NCBI GenBank assembly: GCA_963809485.1
Contig: CAWEJX010000021.1
Span: 50,894 to 114,893, forward strand
Length of the DNA stretch: 64,000 nucleotides
Direction of reading: 5' to 3'
DNA from: an uncultured Acidobacteriota bacterium
GTDB taxonomy: Bacteria; Acidobacteriota; UBA6911
This document shows positions 17,843 through 27,022 of this stretch, one piece after another. A program made the translations under genes and the position numbers. The first letter of the stretch is position 1, and each line of letters starts with the position of its first letter. Under the pieces are notes generated by a model that was given only the letters and a program-made list of their open reading frames with translations, had not been told where the DNA came from and made no database searches.

Positions 17843-18137
17843 AAGGGCCGGAGGCCCGGCAGATAACAGCCAGGGGTGAGCGCAGCGAACCCCTGGTAGG
17901 AATTGGCAATAGAAAGAGCCCTGGAATGCGTGATAGGATATAGTCTTTCGCCCTTCCCAGGGCTCTTTTCTTCGCCATAGGAACCAGGGATTCGCTCCGC
18001 TCATCCCTGGCTATTCTCTTTCCGCCCCTACCGGGGCTTGGTGCCAACCTCGTCCTTGCAGGGGCACTTCATGAGCCACAAGTTGAATGCTTTCAATGAG
18101 CCCTCTGTTTCCAATGGGCCAATTTGGACAGCACTGA
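17843..18137 (-). repeat. ~295-nt hairpin-rich repeat, copy 2 (inverted relative to 9646..9942)
   Basis: The reverse complement matches copy 1 with only 2 differences over roughly the first 195 nt (by eye). The 3' hairpin arm is more diverged, and the element ends in a different short GC hairpin (gggcctccggccc). Confidence 0.8.
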
Positions 18138-18320
18138 TTCTGATAGTACCCTGCTGCATATTCGCCCTCCCATTTGAGTAATTTCCTCCCACATTTTCCG
18201 ACTTGTGCCATTCACAATGTGAGCAGAAACTCTTCTTCACGATCCTGCTTCAAATGCCGCAATGTCCGGTCCGCCCAAACACCTTAATGGCAGCGCATGA
18301 CTCACCAAAGATCAGGGTAT

Positions 18321-18704
18321 TTATATCCAACGCTTTACTGCCGCGGCCGTATCGCCCGGCACTGTATTGAAGCACAGCTTTGCTTGAGGTGCGTGCTCAT
18401 GCACCACGTTGATTAACTTCTCAAACAGTATGAAGTTGCTTGGGTTCGCTCGTACACCTGCCCCGATCAGGATGCAATCGAAGCGCTTCTGCTCGAGTAC
18501 GTTTTGAACAACTGCCTCGGCAGTTTCGCCAAAGTCGGTCAAACACATTTGCACACTGTACCCAAGACGAGTCAATTCGTCCTCAGAGGATTTGAGACCG
18601 GCCAGTACCTTCGTTGCATTCATGCCCGGCGCGTAGCCCGGTTGTGTGAAATCAATCAGTGCTGGATCCAGACCGATCACAAGTACACTTTTCTCACCTG
18701 TCAT
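18321..18704 (-). CDS. hypothetical protein (small Rossmann-like)
   Basis: Clean 127-aa ORF starting MTGEKSVLVIGLDPALIDF. I recognised no family. Confidence 0.55.
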   Translation of the reverse strand: MTGEKSVLVIGLDPALIDFTQPGYAPGMNATKVLAGLKSSEDELTRLGYSVQMCLTDFGETAEAVVQNVLEQKRFDCILIGAGVRANPSNFILFEKLINVVHEHAPQAKLCFNTVPGDTAAAVKRWI

Positions 18705-18817
18705 AGCTGCCTCCCAATGTTGTGGCTAACCGGCGCGCAAAAGTAGGCGAAACCGACTGAAGCGCGTCCGGTTGACCCGCGTGTTAGGCCCGACCGCGTT
18801 AGAAGTCGGGCCTGAGC

Positions 18818-19162
18818 TTACTCTTGCCTGACTATATCGACCGAGATCTCCACTGCCGGAATCGTCCCTCTGTTCTCAAGCCAGTGTGTGGTGTTCCTAT
18901 CCTCGGGCCAGCCCACGCCCAGCCCATAGTCCGTAGCGACTCCATTCCGATGGTCAGTGATCGTTCCTTGCAGTATGTAGACGGTGCCTGGTCTGTCTTT
19001 ATGGTCGTGAATCGGGCCGAAGACGCCTCCAGGTTCGATGGTCACCATACGCATTCGAAGTTGGCGCCCTGCCATGCCCTCGATCTCAGGGCCAAGGTCA
19101 ACCGCTGCAAGTAGCTTCACCGTAAGACCTTTCGTCTCCGGTGCCACCTGTTCGTTGCTCAT
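18818..19162 (-). CDS. cupin domain protein
   Basis: ORF 18818..19318. The start MSNEQVAPE at 19162 has an AGGAGAG RBS. Cupin-like motif: GGVFGPIHDHKDRPGTVYILQG. Confidence 0.7.
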   Translation of the reverse strand: MSNEQVAPETKGLTVKLLAAVDLGPEIEGMAGRQLRMRMVTIEPGGVFGPIHDHKDRPGTVYILQGTITDHRNGVATDYGLGVGWPEDRNTTHWLENRGTIPAVEISVDIVRQE

Positions 19163-19182
19163 CGCGCTCTCCTCTCTGTACT

Positions 19183-19237
19183 TCCAGGGCCTAACTGAAA
19201 TTATACAGAACCTGCAAAATAATACGCTGGGTGAACA
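19183..19237 (-). promoter_or_regulatory. conserved promoter/leader block, copy B (shared with 14643..14697)
   Basis: Same block as upstream of methyltransferase 13860..14606. TATAAT is the complement of 19200..19205. Confidence 0.5.
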
Positions 19238-19625
19238 GTGGCAACGCGCACGCTTAACCCCGCGCCCGGTCCACGGCAAATCAATCCAGAGTTTTAGATC
19301 CCCCTCCCCATCGGCCATCAGTCATTGTCATCTTCCGGTTGTGGCATTGCCGGCAGAGTGCCTGCCAGTTGGATTGATCCCAGAAGAGATATGAATCGCG
19401 GCGGTCTTGATCGCTTCCTTGAGGGAAGCATTCAGCCGCGAGGTGTCGCCGGAGATTTCGAAAAAGAGGCGTCCGATTGGCATTTAGAAGTTTCTCAACA
19501 TTGGTATTATGGCATTTTCTTTATTGAAATCGCTGAATCCGCCTCTAGAATTTGCGTTAGCACACAAGGTCGAACGTGGGAACCGTAATTCGATGGTCTA
19601 ACCACATTTCCAGGAGTGCACCGCC

Positions 19626-20426
19626 ATGCCCAGAATCAAAGCCGGACCGATAAGCATCAACTATGAAATCGCTGGCAAAGGAGAGCCTCTTTTACTCATC
19701 ATGGGATTCATGTCGCCCGGAGCGGCGTGGCTTCCTGCGCTGCCAATGCTGGGGATGTTCCAGTGTGTCTATTTCGATAACCGAGGCACTGGCCTCACGG
19801 ATAAGCCGGAGGGGATTTACACAATAGAGCAGATGGCCGACGACGCCGGCAATTTGCTTAAAGCGTTAAACATGCCTAAAGCAAAAGTCTACGGCGTTTC
19901 GATGGGTGGGATGATCGCACAGGAACTTGTGCTGCGTCACCCGGATCAGGTCGAAAAGGTTGTGCTTGGATGCACGATGCCCGGGGGGCCGAATTCCAGA
20001 ATGCCCCCGCCTGAAATCGGACAGAAGCTGATGGAAAGCACAAAAATGATGGCGCTGGACCCGGACAAAAGCCTCGACGCCATAATATCGCTATGCTTCC
20101 CGAGAGACTTCGTCAGGACTCATCCGGAAATCAAAACACTGCTGATGGAGGGGAAGTCCGTGGCTCCTCCAACACCTCCCGAGACCGCCGATCGCACTAT
20201 GCCTGGGCTTATGACTTTCAACGCCTATGATCGACTATCGGAGATAAAATGCCCCGTTTTGATTGTTCATGGGGACCAGGACATGCTGATCCCGGTCGAG
20301 AACGCCAATATCATTAAAGAGCGGATTCCCCAGGCCGAGCTATTCATCATCCCGGGTGCGGGTCACATGTTTTGGTTTATTGATCCGGTAGGGATACATC
20401 AACGTATTGTGGAATTCCTAAAATAG
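19626..20426 (+). CDS. alpha/beta hydrolase
   Basis: 266 aa with nucleophile elbow GVSMGG and a C-terminal GAGHM histidine motif. Confidence 0.85.
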   Translation: MPRIKAGPISINYEIAGKGEPLLLIMGFMSPGAAWLPALPMLGMFQCVYFDNRGTGLTDKPEGIYTIEQMADDAGNLLKALNMPKAKVYGVSMGGMIAQELVLRHPDQVEKVVLGCTMPGGPNSRMPPPEIGQKLMESTKMMALDPDKSLDAIISLCFPRDFVRTHPEIKTLLMEGKSVAPPTPPETADRTMPGLMTFNAYDRLSEIKCPVLIVHGDQDMLIPVENANIIKERIPQAELFIIPGAGHMFWFIDPVGIHQRIVEFLK

Positions 20427-20612
20427 AAGCCTCCAGTGCCTGATCCGGGCAACTGCCGAGGATTTCTCATGCTTTAGGCCGAGATCGGCCAGTTTCCCCT
20501 GCTCCTCGAGTGTTACGAGCCGAATGAAAACGGATCCGCCCCATTCCGGGACTTCCACTTCCTGCAGTGTTGGCGATGCGGCGAGTATCTGTTCTTTGGT
20601 CAATTGGCTCAT
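20418..20612 (-). CDS. phage tail assembly chaperone-like small protein (possibly truncated)
   Basis: MSQLTKEQILAASPTLQEVEVPEWGGSVFIRLVTLEEQ resembles the N termini of phage tail chaperones (from memory). The 3' end overlaps the hydrolase stop. Confidence 0.35.
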   Translation of the reverse strand: MSQLTKEQILAASPTLQEVEVPEWGGSVFIRLVTLEEQGKLADLGLKHEKSSAVARIRHWRLLF

Positions 20613-20614
20613 GT

Positions 20615-20854
20615 CTAGCTCCAGGTCACCGGCCCGGTGATGCGAAGTGTCACATTGAGTTCGAGAGCGGAAGCAACCGGCGCGGTCGGCTGGATGTTTG
20701 CCACATAAGCAGCAAAGCTGGCCTTGGTTGCCCCGGTATCAGGGAACAGAAGCTCGAAATTCCGCAGCTTCCCCTCCTCATAATCCTTGAGCAGACCGTT
20801 GGTTGAAAACCCCTGCGTCTCGTCATCCGGCAGGAAGTTGCACTTGTATGTCAA
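20615..20854 (-). CDS. phage major tail protein-like C-terminal fragment
   Basis: ...FPDTGATKASFAAYVANIQPTAPVASALELNVTLRITGPVTWS matches the C-terminal pattern of TP901-1/phi13-type major tail proteins (from memory). The N-terminal half is absent. Confidence 0.4.
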   Translation of the reverse strand: MTYKCNFLPDDETQGFSTNGLLKDYEEGKLRNFELLFPDTGATKASFAAYVANIQPTAPVASALELNVTLRITGPVTWS

Positions 20855-21156
20855 CCCTTCCCGGCGCAGGAAGTAACCGTTTGATCGTTTTCATGAGCCA
20901 AACGATGCATTGACCGATAGATTCCGTAAAACGCGTCCTGCTCGGCAACTGTGAGATTTCCGCGACCATAGAAGAATTTGAAGGCGTATTCACGATCAAT
21001 TGGAGGCACAGGAATCGGCAGGACATGATGCAGGGCATTCGAGTTCGCTACAATTTGTACTTTCGCGATGCTCACTCGAAGGGCCGAAAGTACTGACCAT
21101 AACCTTGTGATTACATCGTTCAGCTGAACGGAAGTATTTTTTGTAAGGGTAAGCAA
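20851..21156 (-). CDS. hypothetical protein
   Basis: 101-aa ORF overlapping the downstream ORF by 4 bp. No family recognised. Confidence 0.35.
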   Translation of the reverse strand: MLTLTKNTSVQLNDVITRLWSVLSALRVSIAKVQIVANSNALHHVLPIPVPPIDREYAFKFFYGRGNLTVAEQDAFYGIYRSMHRLAHENDQTVTSCAGKG

Positions 21157-21158
21157 GG

Positions 21159-21401
21159 CTAGGGTTTCAAGTTGCAGGCCTGCTGTCGGAAGCTGGTATT
21201 AATCTCGTCGATCCCACGAAATTTAGTGTTACCTGGAATCATGCGGTGCAAGCCCCGGGCAGTCAGTGTTGCATATAGAAAATCTTTGCCAGCTGCCTTG
21301 TCTTCTGTAATCCAAGCCCGACCTATTTCCACGAATACCCGCACTTTTTGCAGGCCCATCTCTTTTTCAAGAACGGCAGTGGGATACCCGTCAGCAGCCA
21401 T
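21159..21401 (-). CDS. hypothetical protein (uncertain)
   Basis: 80-aa ORF that ends 2 nt before the next ORF. Its 5' part overlaps the 3' end of 21323..21850. Confidence 0.25.
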   Translation of the reverse strand: MAADGYPTAVLEKEMGLQKVRVFVEIGRAWITEDKAAGKDFLYATLTARGLHRMIPGNTKFRGIDEINTSFRQQACNLKP

Positions 21402-21850
21402 GATAGGAACGCGAACTTGCGCGAAAATACTTCATACCCAAGCTCGGATGAGCCGCATTTCGGGCAGACCGGGCCCTCTTTTTCCGATCCATCCTCAGGC
21501 ACAGGCTTCTGCGCAAGTATCTCCCTGGCCCTTTCTGCGTCCTCTTCCCTGACCTGCAGCTTGACGCCGCCGATCGCATTGGAAAAGAGCCAGTTCGCGG
21601 AGACCGTGCTTTCGTCCAGCGTGAAGACTTCTATGCCGTCCGCCTCAAGCTTTGCCCTTGCAAGATCAACATCGATTATATTAATTAGGTTTGCGACCGT
21701 TACGAACTTTTCCGTCCTATTGGCAGCAACAGGCCCGGGTTCTTCATGTGGCTCGGGAGGCAATTCAGGCATAAGATCAACATCGCACTTAGCGCAACTT
21801 GTAAACCCTTCCCTGTATTCTTCCTTGCATTTCGGGCACCACATAATCAA
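21323..21850 (-). CDS. DUF2007-like protein with two zinc-ribbon motifs
   Basis: CPKC...CAKC at the N terminus and CPKC...CKKC at the C terminus, with a central FVTVANLINIIDVDLARAKLEADGIEVF segment typical of DUF2007 (from memory). Confidence 0.65.
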   Translation of the reverse strand: MIMWCPKCKEEYREGFTSCAKCDVDLMPELPPEPHEEPGPVAANRTEKFVTVANLINIIDVDLARAKLEADGIEVFTLDESTVSANWLFSNAIGGVKLQVREEDAERAREILAQKPVPEDGSEKEGPVCPKCGSSELGYEVFSRKFAFLSWLLTGIPLPFLKKRWACKKCGYSWK

Positions 21851-22114
21851 TTTTTACCTGTCATTGCGGGCAAGCCCTCAGCAGCACCTCTACCTCATGG
21901 CGCAGGTGCCGCCGCCGAGCTTTGTCTTGTAATGTTTCCTATTATACGGCAGCTTCATAAGGATTTCGGCACTCTGATCCGGCCCCTTTTGGAACTTTGA
22001 TTTGGCCCCGTCTAAGTTGCAGATAATTATCATCTTCCCGAATTTTTTTGATTGTGCATTTTTCAGGGTTTAGTGATTAATTAGGGAGAGGAGATCACCT
22101 GAAAGGAATCCAGA

Positions 22115-22315
22115 GTGAAGGTGCCCGTGATAATCGGAAGTCCACGCGGGGAGCACGGAAACACGCAGATTCCGGTCAAGGAATTCCTGGAGGGGGCAAA
22201 AGAGGCCGGCGGCAGGACTGAGATTGTCTTTTTGAAGAAAAAAAGTTCGAGCAATGCAATGTTCGTCAAACACGTCAACGCCCATTATGAAAAGCTGGGC
22301 CTGACGAAGATATAA
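22115..22315 (+). pseudogene. possible N-terminal fragment of a flavodoxin-fold FMN reductase
   Basis: MKVPVIIGSPRGEHGNTQ...EIVFL parallels the N terminus of 1623..2264, then diverges and stops after 66 codons. Confidence 0.3.
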
Positions 22316-22356
22316 CACCCGACCTGGAGCCCGAATCCGGCAGTAAAATTTGGGAT

Positions 22357-22905
22357 ATGAACCTTGGAGTCTATTTATCACGAATCGTTGCGATGATGGC
22401 TTGCCTGTCGATTTTATTCGGGCAGGCGATCTCCCAAACACAGGCCGCCGAGACCTACGGATATCCTGGTATTGAGAAAGGAGCTTCCCCTATGTCTACC
22501 GAGGCGAACAAAGCGCTGATCCGGCGCGTCTATGAACTCAGCACGCAAAAGGATGTAGCCAAATTGTTTGAATTGTATGATCCCGGATATATTGAGCATT
22601 TGCGCAACGGCGATCAGTCTCTGGAACAACTGAAGGCCGGGATTCCGGCAATTTTTGCGGCATTCCCGGATATTAGATTTTCGGTTGAGGACATGGTGGC
22701 GGAGGGGGATAAGGTCGCTTATCGAGTCACGATAACGGGAACACACACCGGCGGTCCGTATATGGGAGTTGCCCCGAGCGGCAAAAAGATTGAAATGAGG
22801 AACACTTCCATCAAAAGGATTGCCCATGGCAGATTGGCGGAATCGTGGGGCACCCTCGATACCATAAGTGCGATGCGGCAGCTCGGCTTGATTCCCGACA
22901 GGTAA
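22357..22905 (+). CDS. ester cyclase (SnoaL-like) with signal peptide
   Basis: N-terminal hydrophobic leader; the ANKALIRRVYE...YIEH...FPDIRFSVEDMVAEGDKVAYRVTITGTHTG pattern. Confidence 0.75.
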   Translation: MNLGVYLSRIVAMMACLSILFGQAISQTQAAETYGYPGIEKGASPMSTEANKALIRRVYELSTQKDVAKLFELYDPGYIEHLRNGDQSLEQLKAGIPAIFAAFPDIRFSVEDMVAEGDKVAYRVTITGTHTGGPYMGVAPSGKKIEMRNTSIKRIAHGRLAESWGTLDTISAMRQLGLIPDR

Positions 22906-23137
22906 GCACAAGTATTTCAGTGGTTCGAAGGTGGAGGAGTGCCTCCAGATCCGCTCTCGATGGTTTTCGATCATGGCAGGCCGGCGGCCAGTTCCGAACG
23001 TATCGGGACGCGCAATGAGAGCGTGTCGTTGTCACCCTCGATCCAGTCGCCGGCGCCTCCCTCGCTGTCGGATCTGATCACCGCCTTTGCGCATTACAAC
23101 CAGTCCTTGCCTTAATTTTATAGGGCTATCCCGCTGC

Positions 23138-23154
23138 TAACGTTTTAAACGTTA
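23138..23154 (+). promoter_or_regulatory. palindromic operator-like site (paralog of 17035..17051)
   Basis: taacgttttaaacgtta lies 14 nt upstream of ATG 23169. The flanking gctaacg...tatattaacgctATGGACGTTAAGACAAT is conserved with the intact ATPase gene. Confidence 0.45.
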
Positions 23155-23168
23155 ACTATATTAACGCT

Positions 23169-23655
23169 ATGGACGTTAAGACAATAAATCACCTCCTGGC
23201 CGGTTGAGAGTAATAAGAAAACCCTCCTCATGCGGAAGCCCTGCAAGTTCCATTTCATCAACCTGGCAGCGGCCATCGCCTTTCATCCATCATCGCTGAA
23301 ATATGTTCACAGGTTCGAAAGTCTTTCACTGGGCATACAAGGAGTTTTCATGGAATGGCTGGTGGCTCAGGAAATCTGGCGGCGAAGGGTCCTCGGAGGG
23401 AGTTCAAATCCCGAAGCGTTAGGTTGCTGGGGCTCGAAGGAGCACGAAATTGATTTTGTAACTCCCGATAAAGACTTCATTGAAATTAAAAGAGGAAAGG
23501 CCGGCCCTATCGACCTCGGTTGGTTTTCCAAGGTTTTCCCGCGCGACCATTTAACGGTAATTTGCAGCTCCCCGTTCACGTCCAGGCAGGGGATCCGAGT
23601 CCCAATGGAGCAATTTTTGCTTTCTGCGCCTACTTCACTGGAATATAGCGAATAA
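23169..23655 (+). pseudogene. internally deleted paralog of the DUF4143 ATPase gene
   Basis: MDVKTINHLLAG then a stop. Homology resumes out of frame at ...NKKTLLMRKPCKFHF and runs to the same C terminus (SAPTSLEYSE) as 15689..17020. About 280 codons are missing. Confidence 0.75.
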
Positions 23656-23823
23656 ACTCTTTGCCATTTTATTCACGCTATATAGGAATGATGGAAACGT
23701 TCTTTCCGAGCGACACTGCCTCCGGCAACCCAATCGGCCACATTTCCCGTCTTTGGATATGGCGGCTGGCCAATACTGAAATATTTACATTCATTCCCCA
23801 AAGGCAGAAGGACATCGTCCCGG

Positions 23824-24846
23824 CTAGCTCTGAGGAGCCCGGGGTTTCGCCTGTTCCATTGCGATTTTGTTGATTTGACTCAATGCCTGGGCACCGGAAG
23901 CTCCCTCGATGGCTTTGACGGCGATGTCCTGCACTTGCTTTTTCGCCTCCTCAACCTGGACATGGAGATTTGCTATCTCAGCGGCCTGGCGATCCACTGT
24001 ATCCTTTAACGACTGAATCTGAAGCTCGGCGACCCTTTTTTCGGCGTCGCTGTCCTTCTTCAGCAAAAGTGTCTGCTGTTCGTATCTCTGTTCTGCGCTT
24101 TTCGAAGCGGCATTGACGGCGGCATCGATTTCCTTCTTGAGGCGCAGGGGAAAATCCTCGACCTCTTTTCTAAGCTGCGCCCATTCCGCTTCTCTTTCCT
24201 TCAACGCCGCTTCCCGCTGCTGCCAGCTCTTCTCGAGGTTCTCTTGTTTTTCTTTGTCTTTCTTTTCCAGCAGTCGAATTTCCTCGTCATATTTGTCTTG
24301 AGCCTTTTTTCGTTCGAGAGCCTTCCGGTATTCGTATTCCTCGATTTCCCGCTGGCGCTGCTTCTTGAGGTTGTCTTCTGTTTCTTTTTGCTCCCGAGCC
24401 CGCGTCAGTTCTTCTTCTTCCCAGGCTGCGCGACGGGAATTGATTTCATTTTCAAGCTCCGCCTTTTCCTCGTTATATCGCTGCAGCATATTGTCCAGTG
24501 AGGTGGCGGCAATATCGATCCTATGCAGACGTTCCAGTTCTTTCTGTTCGAGGGCTACTGCTTCCCGGATTGTTGTCAGCTTTTCCACTTCTGAGACAAG
24601 TTTGCCGGAAAGGTCCGATAGCGATCTGGAAATTTCAAGCCCGATGCCCGATATCTTTTGGATGACGCCATCGACGGACAACCCTTCCACCGCCTGACGG
24701 ATTTCCTGATCGCGCAACCGGTCAAGTTCTTCGGTCTTGGGATTGGATGCCGCCCGTTTAACCTGCTCTTCGCGGACCATGCCTTCAAATTCCTTTTCCA
24801 CTTCAGCCTTCGTGGTTTTCTTTCGGCTTGGTGTAACTTTCGCCAT
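23824..24846 (-). CDS. E/K/R-rich coiled-coil protein, function unknown
   Basis: ORF 23824..24882. The start MAKVTPSRKK at 24846 has a GGGAGG RBS. Long charged heptad-like stretches throughout. Confidence 0.65.
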   Translation of the reverse strand: MAKVTPSRKKTTKAEVEKEFEGMVREEQVKRAASNPKTEELDRLRDQEIRQAVEGLSVDGVIQKISGIGLEISRSLSDLSGKLVSEVEKLTTIREAVALEQKELERLHRIDIAATSLDNMLQRYNEEKAELENEINSRRAAWEEEELTRAREQKETEDNLKKQRQREIEEYEYRKALERKKAQDKYDEEIRLLEKKDKEKQENLEKSWQQREAALKEREAEWAQLRKEVEDFPLRLKKEIDAAVNAASKSAEQRYEQQTLLLKKDSDAEKRVAELQIQSLKDTVDRQAAEIANLHVQVEEAKKQVQDIAVKAIEGASGAQALSQINKIAMEQAKPRAPQS

Positions 24847-25399
24847 AGCGTCCTCCCTTGGTGAATTGCGTATATGTGCCAAAGACTACTCGCCCGAACT
24901 GGAAAATTTCAACAATTATTCAACGGCAAGGATCATCGAGGCGCCGATCATCGTCATCTGCGGCGGCTGTTCATGCAACATCTTTGGGTTAGCTTTTTCC
25001 ATGGTTGGATACGCCGGGTAGGCGGCAAAAAGCGCCGGCACTCTGTGCCGCATAACCCCGAGCGGTGTGAATCTGACCCTATCGGGGCAGTGGTTTGTCC
25101 GCGATGATCCATGCCGTTCCAGCAGGCCGCATGGAGCTGATTGATTATGTTTGCGAAAACCAGGAAGTTTTCAGGAGCACCAAGGCTTTCTAATGAAGAA
25201 GGCACCAATCGCAAGTTGTTCGTGCGGGTTGCCATCTCTTCAACGGCGCGCAAGGCAGCGCGCTGTGCTTTCGAAATACCTGCAATCCCGCAATTGGCTT
25301 CAGTCATTTCCATGTTGATAAATACAGCCAACTATTAGTAAATAATCAGAATCCGGGGCTAAAAATCCATCACCCGAAACAATTGAGGGAGGATGCAAC

Positions 25400-25996
25400 A
25401 TGTCCAGTAATCAACTCACAATCAGTGGTACCGCCAGAATCATCCTAGTGTTTGCCGTGGCCGCGACAGTCCTGCTCATTCCATTGACGCAGCCGGTGTT
25501 GGCTCAGCAGGTCACCATGGAAACTTTGCTCGACCGCGTCCAGATTGAGGATCTCCTGACGCGCTATTATTACGATCTCTCGCGCAGCAACGCCCATGAA
25601 CTATCCGAGTATTTCACTGCAGATGCCTTGCTTGACGTCGATGGCACGGTTGCCAAGGGCCGCGCAGAAATTGCCAAGCTGTATCAGAACCCGGCACCGG
25701 ACCCGAAACAACCGGCACCAGCGCCGGCTCGTCGTATGCAAATGCTACTTACCAACCCGATCATCTCAATCAAGGGCAGCACGGCGACGGCACATGTGAT
25801 CTGGACCGGTGTGATGAATGAGGGGATCGGCAAACTACCCCAGGTCGTCGAGCAGGGCCGTGAGGATACCGAGCTGGTCAAACAAAACGGCAAGTGGCTC
25901 ATCAAGCGCCGCTATATCTCCACCGACGGACGTATGCCGAACCGCTTCGATAAAAACTACAAACCTCGCGAGAACCCTTTGGAACAATCGAAGTAG
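25400..25996 (+). CDS. secreted NTF2/SnoaL_4-like protein
   Basis: Signal-like N terminus and a LLDRVQIEDLLTRYYYDLS motif. Confidence 0.7.
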   Translation: MSSNQLTISGTARIILVFAVAATVLLIPLTQPVLAQQVTMETLLDRVQIEDLLTRYYYDLSRSNAHELSEYFTADALLDVDGTVAKGRAEIAKLYQNPAPDPKQPAPAPARRMQMLLTNPIISIKGSTATAHVIWTGVMNEGIGKLPQVVEQGREDTELVKQNGKWLIKRRYISTDGRMPNRFDKNYKPRENPLEQSK

Positions 25997-26213
25997 TAGC
26001 ATCGCTATGGAAATTGCACGTTCTCGAAAAGGGAGGGTAGGGACAGCGTATAACGGCAGGGTTTACTGTAAGGATACGGCAAGCCGGCGCCCTGGCCCTG
26101 TCCCATTCTCTTCGACAGAGATCAGGAAATTTCCGAGATTGGCGCAGCCATGGATCGGTCACCCGGTTGAGCAGTCGCAAAACCGGACATGGGACTACGA
26201 CCGGACAGCCAGA

Positions 26214-26708
26214 TCATTCCGTGAAAACCGTCAGCTTGCGCGACTGAATCAGCCACTTGCCGTTGCGACGGACGAGACGGTCTTCGGAGCGACCCATCGC
26301 GGCTGCAATCATCCTGCCGTCCGCCTCGCGATGCACAGTCTGCCAGTAAGACTGGTGTAAGGCCTCGCCGGGTTTCGGGAACGTGATGCGAACGTTGCTG
26401 ATCACGTGATACAGATTCGACGCCGGCAGCCCCTTCGCCTTGTTGTCGTCGCGGCGCCCGATGAGGCCCGTGACGATCTTGCGAATCTCCGCGTGACCTT
26501 TGCTGAGGATGCCGTTCGAATCGATGACGGCATCTTCGGTAAACACGGCGACATAGCCTTCCGGATCGAGTGAATCCACTGCCCACACGTAACGCGCCAT
26601 CACGTCCTCGACCGCGATGCGGTCTTCATAGGCGCCAAGATTTCCCTGCGCAGTAACGTGCAGGGGCGCGATAAGTATGGCGACTAAAGCGCCGAGGTGC
26701 AGTCGCAT
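26214..26708 (-). CDS. secreted NTF2/SnoaL_4-like protein
   Basis: ORF 26214..26759. The start MRLHLGALVAILIAPLHVTAQG at 26708 has a GGAGG RBS. Motif IAVEDVMARYVWAVDS. Confidence 0.7.
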   Translation of the reverse strand: MRLHLGALVAILIAPLHVTAQGNLGAYEDRIAVEDVMARYVWAVDSLDPEGYVAVFTEDAVIDSNGILSKGHAEIRKIVTGLIGRRDDNKAKGLPASNLYHVISNVRITFPKPGEALHQSYWQTVHREADGRMIAAAMGRSEDRLVRRNGKWLIQSRKLTVFTE

Positions 26709-27022
26709 AGCTTGTGCCTCCAATTTCGAAATTGGGGTGCGAAATTGGGGTCGGACCACGATAACTTCTTGTCGATATTGGGGATATCTCGGTTTTTGGA
26801 GCAGAAATGACCCCTCAAATTTTTATCCCAAACGCGCAAATCCGGGCGCGCCAGGAGTCAGCGCCGTAGAATCGTCTGCAATGCTTCCCCGGATCCGTGA
26901 TGCAGGGTGGGATCCGGTGGATCCAGTCAAGCGGATCTGATGCATACATGCAATCGATTTCAGATCCCAGATTGATTGCTTTCTGCAACCTGGAATCTGA
27001 AATCGTATTTTCCGTGACGGAA

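Noticed and set aside
24113-24697. S/F/L-rich ORFs on the plus strand opposite the coiled-coil gene.
   Set aside because: They are the low-complexity mirror image of the E/K-rich gene (GAA/AAG codons read in reverse).
24954-25331. A 125-aa minus-strand ORF (MAVFINMEMTEANCGIAGISKAQRAALRAVEE...) in the gap after the coiled-coil gene.
   Set aside because: I found no recognisable domain and no convincing RBS, and the C-terminal half is R/C-rich and implausible. I left it unannotated, but a short real protein at its 5' end cannot be excluded.
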